From NCBI GenBank assembly GCA_951406725.2, contig OX597816.1, forward strand, positions 31,806,001-31,870,000: a stretch of 64,000 bases of DNA. Direction: 5' to 3'. Below, piece after piece: positions 14,052 through 25,441 of the stretch. Source of the stretch: Octopus vulgaris (taxonomy: Eukaryota). Position numbers and translations under genes: made by a program. The notes under the pieces were generated by a model, which was not told where the DNA came from, made no database searches, and saw only the letters and a list, made by a program, of their open reading frames with translations. Within the stretch, counting starts at the first letter, position 1, and every line of letters starts with the position of its first letter.

Positions 14052-17000
14052 GGCATTACACAGTATACAATATCGTGAGGTTGTTGATCGAATATATCGT
14101 GTCTAGCGGGTGTGTACTGTTTGTTAAGTTACAGAAGGACTTCAGATAGACAGTACTTTACGCAATGTGCGTGCAGTTCCAGATATTGCCGACTATTGCA
14201 ATACATCTATATTATAGAGTATTTCTAAGGAGCCCAGCTGTTTTTGTTTTACCAACTGGTTGGTTTGGACCCAATTCTCCGATAACAATAGGGATAAACT
14301 TTGTTTTCGAATCCCGTAACAACATCATCGTAGCTATCTCAATTCTCGGGTCTCCATATTTACCAACCTTTTCTCTGGCTTTCGTGATATGTTGATCCCA
14401 TTGCATTGCTTCGTTGATTATTATGCACACTTGTTTGTCCCTCCAAAACGTTACAATATCTTGACTTCTATATCCTGACTACTATATCTTGACTTCTAAC
14501 ACTTTGTCTGTCTGGAAATCAAAGTCCTGGAGGATTTTGCTCTCCTCTTTTTGTCCATTGCGTTTTCCTGTATATGTCGGTACCAAGCACCCGTAAACTC
14601 ATATCCATACATAAGGCATACTACCCAGTAGAGGGTTTGGGTTACGCTTTTATTCTTTCTGCGCAAGACTTTTACAAGCACAAACAATGTGAGTCCCACT
14701 TTCGACCCTTTTTCCCACACATTCTGCAGAGTTCCGATTCACTTGTGTGATATATATTGTTTTTCACTGAGTTGGTATTCAATGCCTCCTCCTGATACCT
14801 GATGATTAGGAATTCAGTAGACCCTTTTAAGTCACCTTTCCGGAGCCACCTCCAGGATGCTCCTTGGTCTTTTAATTAGTTGGTCTACCGTGGAACTGGC
14901 TATGGATTTCTATACGGAGTAGGGCTTCTTCTCTGTCGTTGTTTGTTCTTTTTCGGAATTCATGTACACTCTCAAGTCTATTTTTGCTAACTCCTTCTGC
15001 ACTAGTAGCACACACTAGCAGGTCTCCTTTACTGTTTACAAAATATTCTGCCATGTTCCTTCATTCACTGTGGATGCACTCTCGAACGCTAATCAGCTCA
15101 CGTCCACCTCTACTTCTCTGCATGTAGAGCCTGTGTACATTGCCTTAGGTGTTGTCATTGTCCTTTGGGTAGATGCGATCGAGTTGATAAATCTCCGCTG
15201 GTGTCCATCTCAGAATTGGTGCACAATAGCGGATTATACAGCAACAGCCTATATGTTGATGGCAGTCACAAGGTTCCTTGATTTGAGCTTTGATTTCAAG
15301 AGAAGTTTGAGGCACTTGAAATATGCAGTGACGACTTTGTCTTTCATTTCTCTGCGCAAGATATTGCGCAGTTCCAGGATCCCAGGGTACTTGTATCCAC
15401 ATCATCCGGCTCCTCCCTTCTCTCTGCGTTTGGCAATTCTATACACCTACAATTTCCTTTTTTTCCTGTTTAGAAGTAAGCACTGGAGATTTCGAGATAC
15501 CAAATTCCATCCCTATTTACTAGCTGCAAGTTTGCACAGTCTCAACCAGTAACATCAACGCTATAACAAATAACAGAGATGAACAAGTGTCTCCTTGGAA
15601 GATAACTCGGCTAAATGCTGGTTGTTATAGGAAAGACGTGTTTTCCAACTAGGCATGCTGTTCTTAATCAGTGCACACACATTCTCAGCTATTCTACATT
15701 TGTCGAGTGTTTCCAAAATCCACGAATGTGGCATCATGTTGTGAGCCTTTTTGAAATCTATCTATATGATTTTGGGATACCGCTTACAGTTCTTCATTAT
15801 AACCTTGTTTATCACAAGGTGGTCCTTGGTGCACTTGGATCCTTTTCGGTATCACTTTTGTTCTACTGACAAAAGACTTTTTTCCTGCAAGGAACGTATA
15901 TTTCCTAGAGAGAGTACCTGTTAATACTTTCCATATGGGGTTAAGACAAGCAATGGGTCGGTAAATACCAGCATCATTGCCCTTTGATCAATCTTTCATT
16001 TGCAATACTGTTCCTCCCGCTACCATCCATACCGGAACTATACCGCTATGTAGGCAATAATCTAACTGCAATGCAATTCTATAATGCATTGACCTAAATG
16101 ACTTGAGCCAGTAGTTTTTTTCCTGTTTGGAAGTAAGCACTGGAGATTTCGAGATACCAAACTCCATCCCTATTTACTAGCTGCACGTTTGCACAGTCTC
16201 AACCAGTACCTTCAACACTATAATAAATAACAGAGGTGAACAAGTGTCCCCTTAGTAGATAACTCGGCTAAATGCTGGTTGTTATAGGAAAGACGTGTTT
16301 TCCAACTAGGCATGCTGTTCTTAATCAGTGCACGCACATACTCGGCTATTCTACACCTGTCGAGTGTTTCCAAAATCCACGAATGCGGATTGTTCCTGTT
16401 GCTTTTTGATTTGGCAGTTTTCATATCTGAACAAGGACATTTTGGTCCTGTCGTGGAGACTCCGGGCGATGGAGTTCGGTTTACACAGGATGAATCCACT
16501 CAGCTTTGTGGCTGTGCGAACTTTCTTGCCCCCGGATTTTATTCCAGAAGTGGCGGGTTCCTTCTGTTTACAGAGGTGTATTATCTTCAGTGTTTCCTCC
16601 TAAGCCATTAAAAAACTACTTGTTTGTTTGAAAAAGAGCCGATTTTGCTGGAACTGCGATATGCAATCAGTCTAGCGCTGCACATTAAAATTTTTAGCCA
16701 GCACACGTTGTTTTGGGAATTCACTGACAGTTTTGAATCCTCTCTTTCCTATTTAGAACCACGCGTCAAGATATGCCGTTGCACATTGTTTTCCATTGCA
16801 ATTTTGACCACTATTCTATGCGGCTCAGATCTTTACGCAAAGTTAGAATATCGCCTTCATATCTCCGCTTCCATAATGGTTCCTTCTGTCCGTCTACTTT
16901 TCTTCTTCTTCTTTCCAACAAGTTCGCCTACTAAAATTGAAGCGGATCTGATCAAGTCCTTTGTTTCTGTTAAATCTGTTGTCAAAATGTGTTTCAGAAT

Positions 17001-17105
17001 CTCATCAACTATTTGGGTCGCACCTTTCTCATTGTTACATTTGAAGCTTCTTAGATTCACGGGCTTGGTCAGTGTTCATTTCCTGTGTCTTTTCGAGGTT
17101 TCACT
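14052..17105 (-). mobile_element. Old, degraded R4/Dong-clade element(s) (family C)
   Basis: Remnants: KYGDPRIEI...IPIVIGELG (RLE C-terminus), EIYQLDR, PHSWILETL...MPSWKT (RT). The 3' end abuts (TTA)n at 13995-14051. Internal duplication of about 15465-15725 at about 16115-16385. Confidence 0.8.
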
Positions 17106-20100
17106 GTTGGAAGTTCATGTTGTTGTTATGCCTAGTGTGCCATATATTTGGGGGGTGGGGATGTTGTACTAATGAATGTCTAAAAAAAAAAAGGTTTTTT
17201 TTTTTTTTTTTTTAAACCGAAAATTATGTTTGTTTTAAACCTTGAGATTACATAGAGAGTATTTTGCGTAGGATATGAGCAGTTCCCATGAGCACTATCT
17301 TTTGAACTTCTGCCATTTTTGGGTTTCCTGGTATCTGAGTTAGGTAGCTATCAGCCCCTTTTGCTATCATTCCCAGGGCACCTATGACAACAGGTATTGT
17401 TTTAGTCTTCAGCTTCCACATTTTGCTGATTTCTATTTCAAGATCTTTATATTTGCTCAGTTTTTGGTAGGTCTTGACAGATACGTTTATATCGATTGGG
17501 ACAGTCATATCAATGAGGAGGCATGTTCTTTGTTTGAAGTTTTTCAATATGATGTCTGGCCTATTTGCATCTATCTTCCTGTCAGTTTGAATGGTGAAGT
17601 TCCAGAGGAGTGAGATGTGGTCATTTTCAAGCACTGGGGGTGGTTTGTGTTCCCACCAGTTTTTTTCATGGGGCAAATCCAGGTTTTTACAGATTACCCA
17701 GTGAATATATTGTGCAGCTCTATCGTGCCTGTTGAGATACTCTGTAGGCGCTAGAAGACTGCACTTGGAGAGCACATGGTCAATGGTTTCATTTTGTTGC
17801 TTGCATACACGACACGTTGGACTGCTTCTGATCTTTAATATGTTGGCCTGGTAGTTTCTTGTTGGTAGGCATTGATCTTGAGCTGCTATGATAAACCCCT
17901 CTGTTTCAGATTTTAAGCCAGAGGCCATTAGCCATTGATGGGTCAGGGCTTTGTCGATATCTGCATTATTCGCTCTCTTTGGGTATTTGCCATAGAGAGG
18001 TTTTTCTTGCCATTTATTATTCATAATATCTAAGGCCGCAGTTTTGGCACGGGTTTTCATGCGCCTAGCTTTTTCTGTGCTTGTTTCTTGTATATCTATC
18101 TCTAATTCCGAAATTGGTTGTATTCGGAGTTCACTTAGATATTCCTTTGCCTGTTTTGTGACTGAGTATGATGCTTTCTTGTTTTCATGTTTTGAGACAA
18201 GTTTTAGCATCCAGTCCTCAGAGTTTTTCAGGTAGGTGTCTAGGCCAATTGTAGCAATCTTCATTGTTATTGCCAGTTGCAAAAGACCACGGCCTCCCTC
18301 TTTTCTTGGCAGATAGAGTCGTTCTGTATCTGCCTTAGGGTGGTGCATTATATGCATTGTCAACAGTTTCCTTATTTTTCTGTCGAGCTGACATATTTCA
18401 GTAATTGACCAGTTAACAATATTGAAACTGTAAGTCACGACTGGTATAGCTAATGCATTGATTGCTTCGATCCTGTTTCTTGCATTCAGCTCTGTCTTGA
18501 GTATTGCTCTCACTCTTCGATAGCATTCTCTCCTGATCCTTTCCTTCATCTCTGAATGCCTTATTCCGTTCCCTTCAATTATCCCTAGGTACTTGTAGCT
18601 CTCCGCTGGGTCTAGTTCTTTTATGACATTCTGTTGGTCAAGGTTAACGTTAGATGTTTCTGTCATTTTTCCTTTGATAAAGGTAGCCTTTGCACATTTA
18701 TCGAGGCCGAATTGCATTCTGATGTCGTCACTGAATTGTTTGACTATCGCTAGTAAGCCCTTGAGTTGTTGATCATTTTTTGCAAAAAGCTTTAAATAAT
18801 CCATGTAAACGAGATGATTTATATTTTTATCAAACATTTTATACCCGTACTGCGCGTCATTGAGCAGCTTTGAGAGAGGTATTAAGGATAAACAAAAGAG
18901 GAGTGGTGACAGTGAGTCACCCTGGAAAATGCCACACGAAATTTTTACATCACCAGCATTTAGGGATTCACTGTCACTGTTCAGAGTTAGTGTGGTTCTC
19001 CATGATCTCATACTTACAGTCAAGAAGTTTCGCAAAGTTGGTGCTATCTTATACATTTCAAGGCATTTCCTAATCCAGCTATGTGGTAGGCTATCAAAAG
19101 CCTTTTTATAGTCTATCCAGGCTATTGATAAGTTTTTGTGTCGTTTGTGACAATCTTCTAAGATCATCTTATTGATGAGTAGTTGGTCTTTACAGCCGTA
19201 GGATCCACGTTTACATCCTTTCTGTTCATTAGGGAATATGCTGCTGTCTGTTAAAAAACTATAGGTATATTCCGTCAGGACAGATGTTAGTGTTTTGTAC
19301 ATAGTTGTTAAGCAGGTTATGGGTCTATAGTTTTTTGGTTCATTTGTTTCTTCACTTTTTGGAAGCAGGAATGTTAACCCATTAACTAGCCAAGGAGGCA
19401 TCCTACTAGGGTGTTGCAAAACATCATTGTACAGTTCTGTTAGCAGTTCATGGCTCTCTGGGAAGGCATTCAGCCAGAAGTTAGGAATTTTATCCTTTCC
19501 TGGAGACTTCCATTTGCTTGACCTCCTGAGAGCAGATCTTATATCTTCTACCTTTACACCCTCCCACTTTTGCTCTTCTAAGGGGTCCAGTTCTGTAGAT
19601 ATTCTGTCAATCCAGGGGGCCTTTTCGTTGTGTGTTTTTTCTTCTGCCCAGATTTTATTCCAAAATCTCTGCACTTCTTCTTTTGATGGTACAGACCCTG
19701 CAGTAAACGCTGTTTTTCCTATCTTCCTGTAAAAATTCTTGGTGTTATTTTTGAACATGTTGTTGTCCTTGAAAAATCTAACACGCTTTTCATACCTCGC
19801 TATGCGGGCAGCTTTGGCAGATACCTTTTGTTTGATGGTTTCTATGGTGGCATCAATATCAAGTATAGTTTTCATATTGTATTTTTTCAGTAATTTTTGG
19901 GTTTTTGTAGGTTTGGTAATCTTGTGAGCCTTAAGGTTTTTCAAATATTCAATGTCAGATCTAAATATTTTAATTTGTTGTTGCAGACGCTCTTGCCAAG
20001 AAGGCTTTTTGTGGGACTGTTGCCGTTTTCTAATCTTTACACCACATAGGATCGTTGAGATTTTCGCGGATGCATAGTATAGGTGGTTGAGGTTTGTGAT

Positions 20101-21066
20101 ATCAACATCATTAACTGAAATTATATCCTTAAGTGCAAGCCGGATTTTACCAATTATTTTCATGTTTTGGTTAGAGTTGCGGATTTTAGGAAGTGTATCA
20201 CGCTCATCCATGCTGGTTTCTTTAATTTTCAGCCATTCAATCATGATTTGATTTTTTAGCTCATGTAGTTCTGTTGGGTCAATATTTGTGTGACTTTCTT
20301 TATCTATTTGATGCTCATCTGTCTTAGTGTTTATGATTGGTTCAGGGCGTATTTCACTTTGCCTATCACTTATACTAACTCTTTCAATCCTCTCTTCGTT
20401 TTTATCCGCCCTGGGCTGGTCTATAATCATTTCCTCTGTATTATCTTCTCTAGCTGCAGCTTCGTTCATTTTATCCGATATTGCTTGTCTAACCTGATCA
20501 ATCTCTACTTCAGTCAGTAATTTCTTTTTTATAATGTTTCTTCTAACATTGGCAAGCTTGTTACTGTCTATGTAGGGTCTTACTTCAGGGTGTTTCTGTC
20601 TCCAGTTTAAGTATGCTTGTACAGTGCTAGACTTATCTGTGGGGAAATATATGGCATGGTAGAAGGCCTCAAGAACTTCTTTATTATCTTCCCTAGACCA
20701 TTTTTCCTTCTTTTTCTTTTGATTATTTGGTGATGAGCATGGATGGCCATCTGTTGGAATATTCCAGTTGTGGGGTTCGTCCAGCTCCTGTGTGTTGGGA
20801 AGATTTGATCCAGTAACTGATTTTTCAATCAGGATTTGGTTCAATTTTCGGGTACGTGGTCTTTTGTAATCCGCGCAATGACCAATGCGGTTTATTGTTT
20901 GATTTGTTGACCTTGAAGCATGACGAGCATCCATTCTTATATTAGGAGATGGATCTGTCAGTTTAGGGTTCACTACATGTAAGCATTGCTCATAGCGCCG
21001 CTTCTTAAGACTAGCAGATCTATATTCGTCTGTATTTTTTTTGTTGATAGTTTTATCTCCGGACAT
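17106..21066 (-). mobile_element. R4/Dong-clade non-LTR retrotransposon family A, near full length, 3' UTR truncated
   Basis: Single long ORF plus a 3' UTR matching 41596-41715 and 56290-56385. Confidence 0.92.
17248..21066 (-). CDS. R4/Dong-clade polyprotein: reverse transcriptase, CCHC zinc knuckle and restriction-like endonuclease (RT catalytic Asp mutated)
   Basis: NYRPITCL, WIDYKKAFDSLPHSWI, GIFQGDSLSPLLF, YMDYLKL (expected YMDD), CRVC...H...C, RPDIIL...IDMTVP...KLSKYKDL. Confidence 0.93.
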   Translation of the reverse strand: MSGDKTINKKNTDEYRSASLKKRRYEQCLHVVNPKLTDPSPNIRMDARHASRSTNQTINRIGHCADYKRPRTRKLNQILIEKSVTGSNLPNTQELDEPHNWNIPTDGHPCSSPNNQKKKKEKWSREDNKEVLEAFYHAIYFPTDKSSTVQAYLNWRQKHPEVRPYIDSNKLANVRRNIIKKKLLTEVEIDQVRQAISDKMNEAAAREDNTEEMIIDQPRADKNEERIERVSISDRQSEIRPEPIINTKTDEHQIDKESHTNIDPTELHELKNQIMIEWLKIKETSMDERDTLPKIRNSNQNMKIIGKIRLALKDIISVNDVDITNLNHLYYASAKISTILCGVKIRKRQQSHKKPSWQERLQQQIKIFRSDIEYLKNLKAHKITKPTKTQKLLKKYNMKTILDIDATIETIKQKVSAKAARIARYEKRVRFFKDNNMFKNNTKNFYRKIGKTAFTAGSVPSKEEVQRFWNKIWAEEKTHNEKAPWIDRISTELDPLEEQKWEGVKVEDIRSALRRSSKWKSPGKDKIPNFWLNAFPESHELLTELYNDVLQHPSRMPPWLVNGLTFLLPKSEETNEPKNYRPITCLTTMYKTLTSVLTEYTYSFLTDSSIFPNEQKGCKRGSYGCKDQLLINKMILEDCHKRHKNLSIAWIDYKKAFDSLPHSWIRKCLEMYKIAPTLRNFLTVSMRSWRTTLTLNSDSESLNAGDVKISCGIFQGDSLSPLLFCLSLIPLSKLLNDAQYGYKMFDKNINHLVYMDYLKLFAKNDQQLKGLLAIVKQFSDDIRMQFGLDKCAKATFIKGKMTETSNVNLDQQNVIKELDPAESYKYLGIIEGNGIRHSEMKERIRRECYRRVRAILKTELNARNRIEAINALAIPVVTYSFNIVNWSITEICQLDRKIRKLLTMHIMHHPKADTERLYLPRKEGGRGLLQLAITMKIATIGLDTYLKNSEDWMLKLVSKHENKKASYSVTKQAKEYLSELRIQPISELEIDIQETSTEKARRMKTRAKTAALDIMNNKWQEKPLYGKYPKRANNADIDKALTHQWLMASGLKSETEGFIIAAQDQCLPTRNYQANILKIRSSPTCRVCKQQNETIDHVLSKCSLLAPTEYLNRHDRAAQYIHWVICKNLDLPHEKNWWEHKPPPVLENDHISLLWNFTIQTDRKIDANRPDIILKNFKQRTCLLIDMTVPIDINVSVKTYQKLSKYKDLEIEISKMWKLKTKTIPVVIGALGMIAKGADSYLTQIPGNPKMAEVQKIVLMGTAHILRKILSM

Positions 21067-21498
21067 TTTTTTTTTTTTTTTCCCTTTCCTCCTCTTCCTT
21101 TCTTCAAGGCTTACTGTGTCTGTATTAGTTCGAAATAATGAGAATAAAATACGGAGAAGGAAACGAAAAGAAAGGGAAAAAGACGGGATCTGTCAGTTAT
21201 TATTGTTATTACTATCATCTTCACCACCATCACCATCATCAGCAACATCACCATCACCATCATCATCTTCAATGACATTGTTTTATGTGTAGCCACAGCC
21301 ACCATCAACACTCCATTGTGTTGGAGAATGGGTGGTTAAAGAATTCATGTTCTTTGGGTCTATAAATAGCCACGGTAGATGGTGGAGACAAAGGACGTTA
21401 ATGGTCAGTAAAAGGTCAAACCTGTTTACGTTTATTTATTTATTTATTTATTTTTTCCTTTCTCTTTTCTTCTTTATTATTATTATTATTATTATTAT

Positions 21499-21738
21499 TC
21501 AGTAGTTTTATTTTTATTTTTATAGCGTGCTTTCACTTCACTACCGAGCACAGCTCTGTGTGCCTTGGGTTTGTGCTATGATTTGTTGTGATGCTCTGAT
21601 GGTTATTGTATGGAAAGTGTTCTGCGTAGGATGTGTGCAGTGCCCAGTAGTGCAATTTTCTGTATGTTATATGTGTTTGTAAGTCCTGGTGTTTTTGTTA
21701 TGTATTTGTCTGAATATTTTTTTATCATGCCTAATGCA
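21499..21738 (-). mobile_element. 5'-truncated R4/Dong-clade family B copy (3' end only)
   Basis: Nearly identical to 21846-22079. The 3' end abuts (TTA)n. Confidence 0.9.
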
Positions 21739-21780
21739 TGAACTGCTAACAGAACTGTACAATGATGTTTTGCAACACCC

Positions 21781-21845
<65 letters not shown>

Positions 21846-21848
<3 letters not shown>

Positions 21849-24451
21849 TAGTTATATTTTTTATAGCGTGCTTTCACTTCACTACCGAGCGCAGCTCTGT
21901 GTGCCTTGGGTATGTGCTGTGATTTGTTGTGATGCTCTGATGGTTATTGTATTGAAAGTGTTCTGCGTAGGATGTGTGCAGTGCCTAGTAGTGCAATTTT
22001 CTGGTTGTTATATGTGTTTGTAAGTCCTGGTGTTTTTGTTATGTATTTGTCTGAATATTTTTTTATCATGCCTAATGCACCTACTATGATAGGAATTGTT
22101 TCTGTTTTCAGGTTCCACATTCTAGTTACCTCTATTTCCAGGTCTTTGTATTTTGAGAGTTTCTCCATTTCTTTTACAGACACGTTGTCATCTGCCGGTA
22201 TTGATACATCAATTAGAAAGCATTTTTTTCTTCATGATCTCTGACAACTATATCTGGTCTGTTGGCCTTAATTTCTCTATCTGTGTGTATCGGCATATCC
22301 CACAGTATGGTTGCTTTCTCGTTTTCTGTTACCTTTTCTGGTGTGTGCCTATACCATCTTTTTTCTGTTGTTATTCCATAATGTTGGCATAGCTTCCAAT
22401 GTATGTAGGTTCCAACTCTGTCATGTCTGTGAATATATTCCTTCTTAGCCAGGACTGGGCAGCTAGAGATAATATGATTTATTGTTTCTGGTCCATCTCC
22501 ACATATTCTGCAGTTACTTGTAATATTTCTTTTCATTACATGTTTTTGGTAATTTCTGGTAGGGAGGCTTTGGTCTTGTGCTGCAATTAAAAATTCCTCT
22601 GTCTCTGCTTTGAGTCATGAGCTTCTCAACCATTGCTGGGATTTTTCTTTGTCTATTTCTTTTGCGTTTAGTTTAGTGCAGTATTTACCATGAAGGGGAT
22701 TTTCTTGCCATCGTTTTATCATGGCTCGTTGCTCTTCTATTTTTAGTTTGGATTTCATTTGTTTTATAGCTTTTGTTGTTTCTTCATCATCTTCTTCTTC
22801 TTCTTTGTGTTTATTAGGTGGTATGATTTCTTGTTTGTATTTGTCAGCTTCCTTAAATACTGAGAACAGTTTTTTTGTTTTGCTCGTGTTTTGCCGCTAT
22901 TTGTATCAGATTTCCTTCCTTCTGAAGTAGATATTTTTGCAGTCCTATGGTGGTTATTTTATAGTAGTTTTCCAGCTGTATAAGGCCTCTACCATCTTCT
23001 ATACGTTGTATATATAGTCTTTCTATGTCAGATTTTGGGTGATGCATCCTAGATCCTGTCAGTATTTTTCTTGTTTTCCTATCTATTTTGGACAGTTCAT
23101 TTCGTGTCCAGTTAAGGATATTGTAGCTGTAACTTATAACTGGGACAGCTAAAGTTTTGATACCTATTATCTTGTTTTTAGCATTGAGCTCTGTTTTTAG
23201 TATTGATCTAACTCGTCTATAATATTCTTTTTTTATTTTCTCTTTCATTTGTGTGTGTTGTGTCTTATCTAGTTCATGGATTCCTAAGTATTTGTAAGTT
23301 TGGCTTTGGTCTAATTATTTTATTTCATTGGTTTTATCTAGTGTGATGTTGTTACTCTTAACTAGTTTTCCTCTTTTCATGGTTACTTTGGCGCATTTTT
23401 CTAATCCAAATTTCATATCTATTTCTTTGGTAAATCCATAAACTGTCTTTAATAGAGTTTCCAGCTGTTTGTCATTTGCAGCGTATAGTTTTAGGTCATC
23501 CATATATAAAAGGTGGCTGATCGTTTTGCCGTAACATTTATATCCGCATCCAGTTCTATTTAGCATATCAGATAGAGGTGACAGTGCCAAGCACAAAAGG
23601 AGTGGAGAGAGCGTGTCTCCCTTGAATTTTCCTTTTCTAATGGGGATGTCTTTGGTTTTCATGAGTCCCTCTTTTGTTTGGAGGTGTAGGACTGTTTGCC
23701 ATTTATTCATAGAGTGCTCTATGAATTTTTTGATTGTTGGTGCTACTTTGCTAATGGCTAGTGTTTCGAGGATCCAAGTGTGGGGGATGCTATCAAACGC
23801 CTTTTTGTAGTCAATCCAGGCCATACTGAGGCCTTTCTTCTTTCTGTGGCTGTCTTCAGTTATGGCTTTATTAATCATTAGTTGATCTTTACAGCCATAT
23901 GAGCCTTTGCGGCATCCTTTCTGCTCTTCTGGGAACAGTTTGTTTTCGTCCAGGTGCTTGTTCAGCCTTTGTGATATCACTGCAGTAAATGCCTTGAACA
24001 TAGTAGGGAGGCAGGTTATTGGTCTGTAGTTTTCTGGTTTTTCTGTTTCATTTGATTTGGGAATTAAGATGGTTTTCCCCTTCGTGAGTCATTCAGGCAT
24101 TGTCTCTGGCTCTGCTAGTACGTTGTTAAAGTTTTCAGCCAGCTTTTTGTGCATTCCTGTTAAATATTTCAACCAGAATTTGGGGATCTTGTCATGCCCA
24201 GGTGCCTTCCAGTTGCTTAGTCTTTGCAGTGCCTGGGTGACCTCTTCAGTTGTTATGGGGGTCCAAAGTTGTTCAGATGCCGAGTTTGTTATTGTGATAC
24301 TCCTTTTTTTTGGTGGTTCGTTCGCCGACCTTATTTCTCCCCAGAATTCTTCCAATTCTTCTGCCGTTGGTGCTGCAGTAACTTCTATTTTATTTCTGCC
24401 CAGTTCTTGCTAGAACTTTTTGGGGTCGGAGTTGAACTTTTTGTTCTGTTC

Positions 24452-24452
<1 letters not shown>
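21846..24452 (-). mobile_element. 5'-truncated R4/Dong-clade family B element with frameshifts and stops
   Basis: ORF pieces carry WIDYKKAFDSIPH, YMDDLKL, CRIC...H...C, RPDIVV and KLSKYKDL. (TTA)n lies on both sides. Confidence 0.93.
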
Positions 24453-24500
<48 letters not shown>

Positions 24501-24793
24501 ATGGTTGCTATTGTTGTTGTTGTTGTTGTTGTTGTTCTTTATATACTCTATACACTCAACAGATTATACCGTTGGAAAAAGAACCCTAACATCGCGCTAT
24601 AACAATTGCGTTAGCTGACAAGAACCCTCCTGTTGGGTTACAGCAATAACACTCCTAAGTATCCTAGCTGTAAATAATAACACTGTCTTCTAATGCTGTA
24701 CTAAATTTGGCTTTAGGCCTATTTCCTTTATCCTCCGACAATCTGTTCAAATAGTAAAGGATAATACCAAAGCACCTATAACTATTCTTCTTT

Positions 24794-24972
24794 GTCTTCT
24801 TCTTCTTCTTCTTCTTCTTCTTCTTCTTCTTCTTCTTCTTCTTCTTCTTCTTCTTTTTCTTCTTCTTCTTCTTCTTCTTCTTCTTATTCTTCTTCTTCTT
24901 CTTCTCCTCCTCCTCACTCTTCTTTTCTTCTCATAATTATTATTATTATCATTATTTTCATCATCATTATTA

Positions 24973-25031
<59 letters not shown>
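24794..25031. repeat. Compound (TCT)n/(ATT)n microsatellite
   Basis: Direct reading. Confidence 0.95.
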
Positions 25032-25034
<3 letters not shown>

Positions 25035-25441
25035 TAGTTTTATTTTTATAGCGTGCTTTCACTTCATTACCGAGCGCAGCTCTGTGTGCCTTGGGTATGT
25101 GCTGTGATTTGTTGTGATTCTCTGATGGTTATTGTATGGAAAGTGTTCTGCGTAGGATGTGTGCAGTGCCTAGTAGTGCAATTTTCTGGTTGTTATATGT
25201 GTTTGTAAGTCCTGGTGTTTTTGTTATGTATTTGTCTGAATATTTTTTTTATCATGCCTAATGCACCTACTATGATAGGATGTGTTTCTGTTTTTAGATT
25301 CCACATTCTAGTTACCTCTATTTCCAGGTTTTTGTATTGTGAAAGTTTCTCCATTTCTTTTAGATGTTGGCCTTAAATTCTCTATCTGTGTGTATCGGCA
25401 TATCCCAGAGTATGGTTGCTTTTCTGGTGTGTGCCTATACC
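25032..25441 (-). mobile_element. 5'-truncated, internally deleted R4/Dong-clade family B copy
   Basis: Matches 21846-22355 with two internal deletions. The 3' end abuts (TTA)n. Confidence 0.9.
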
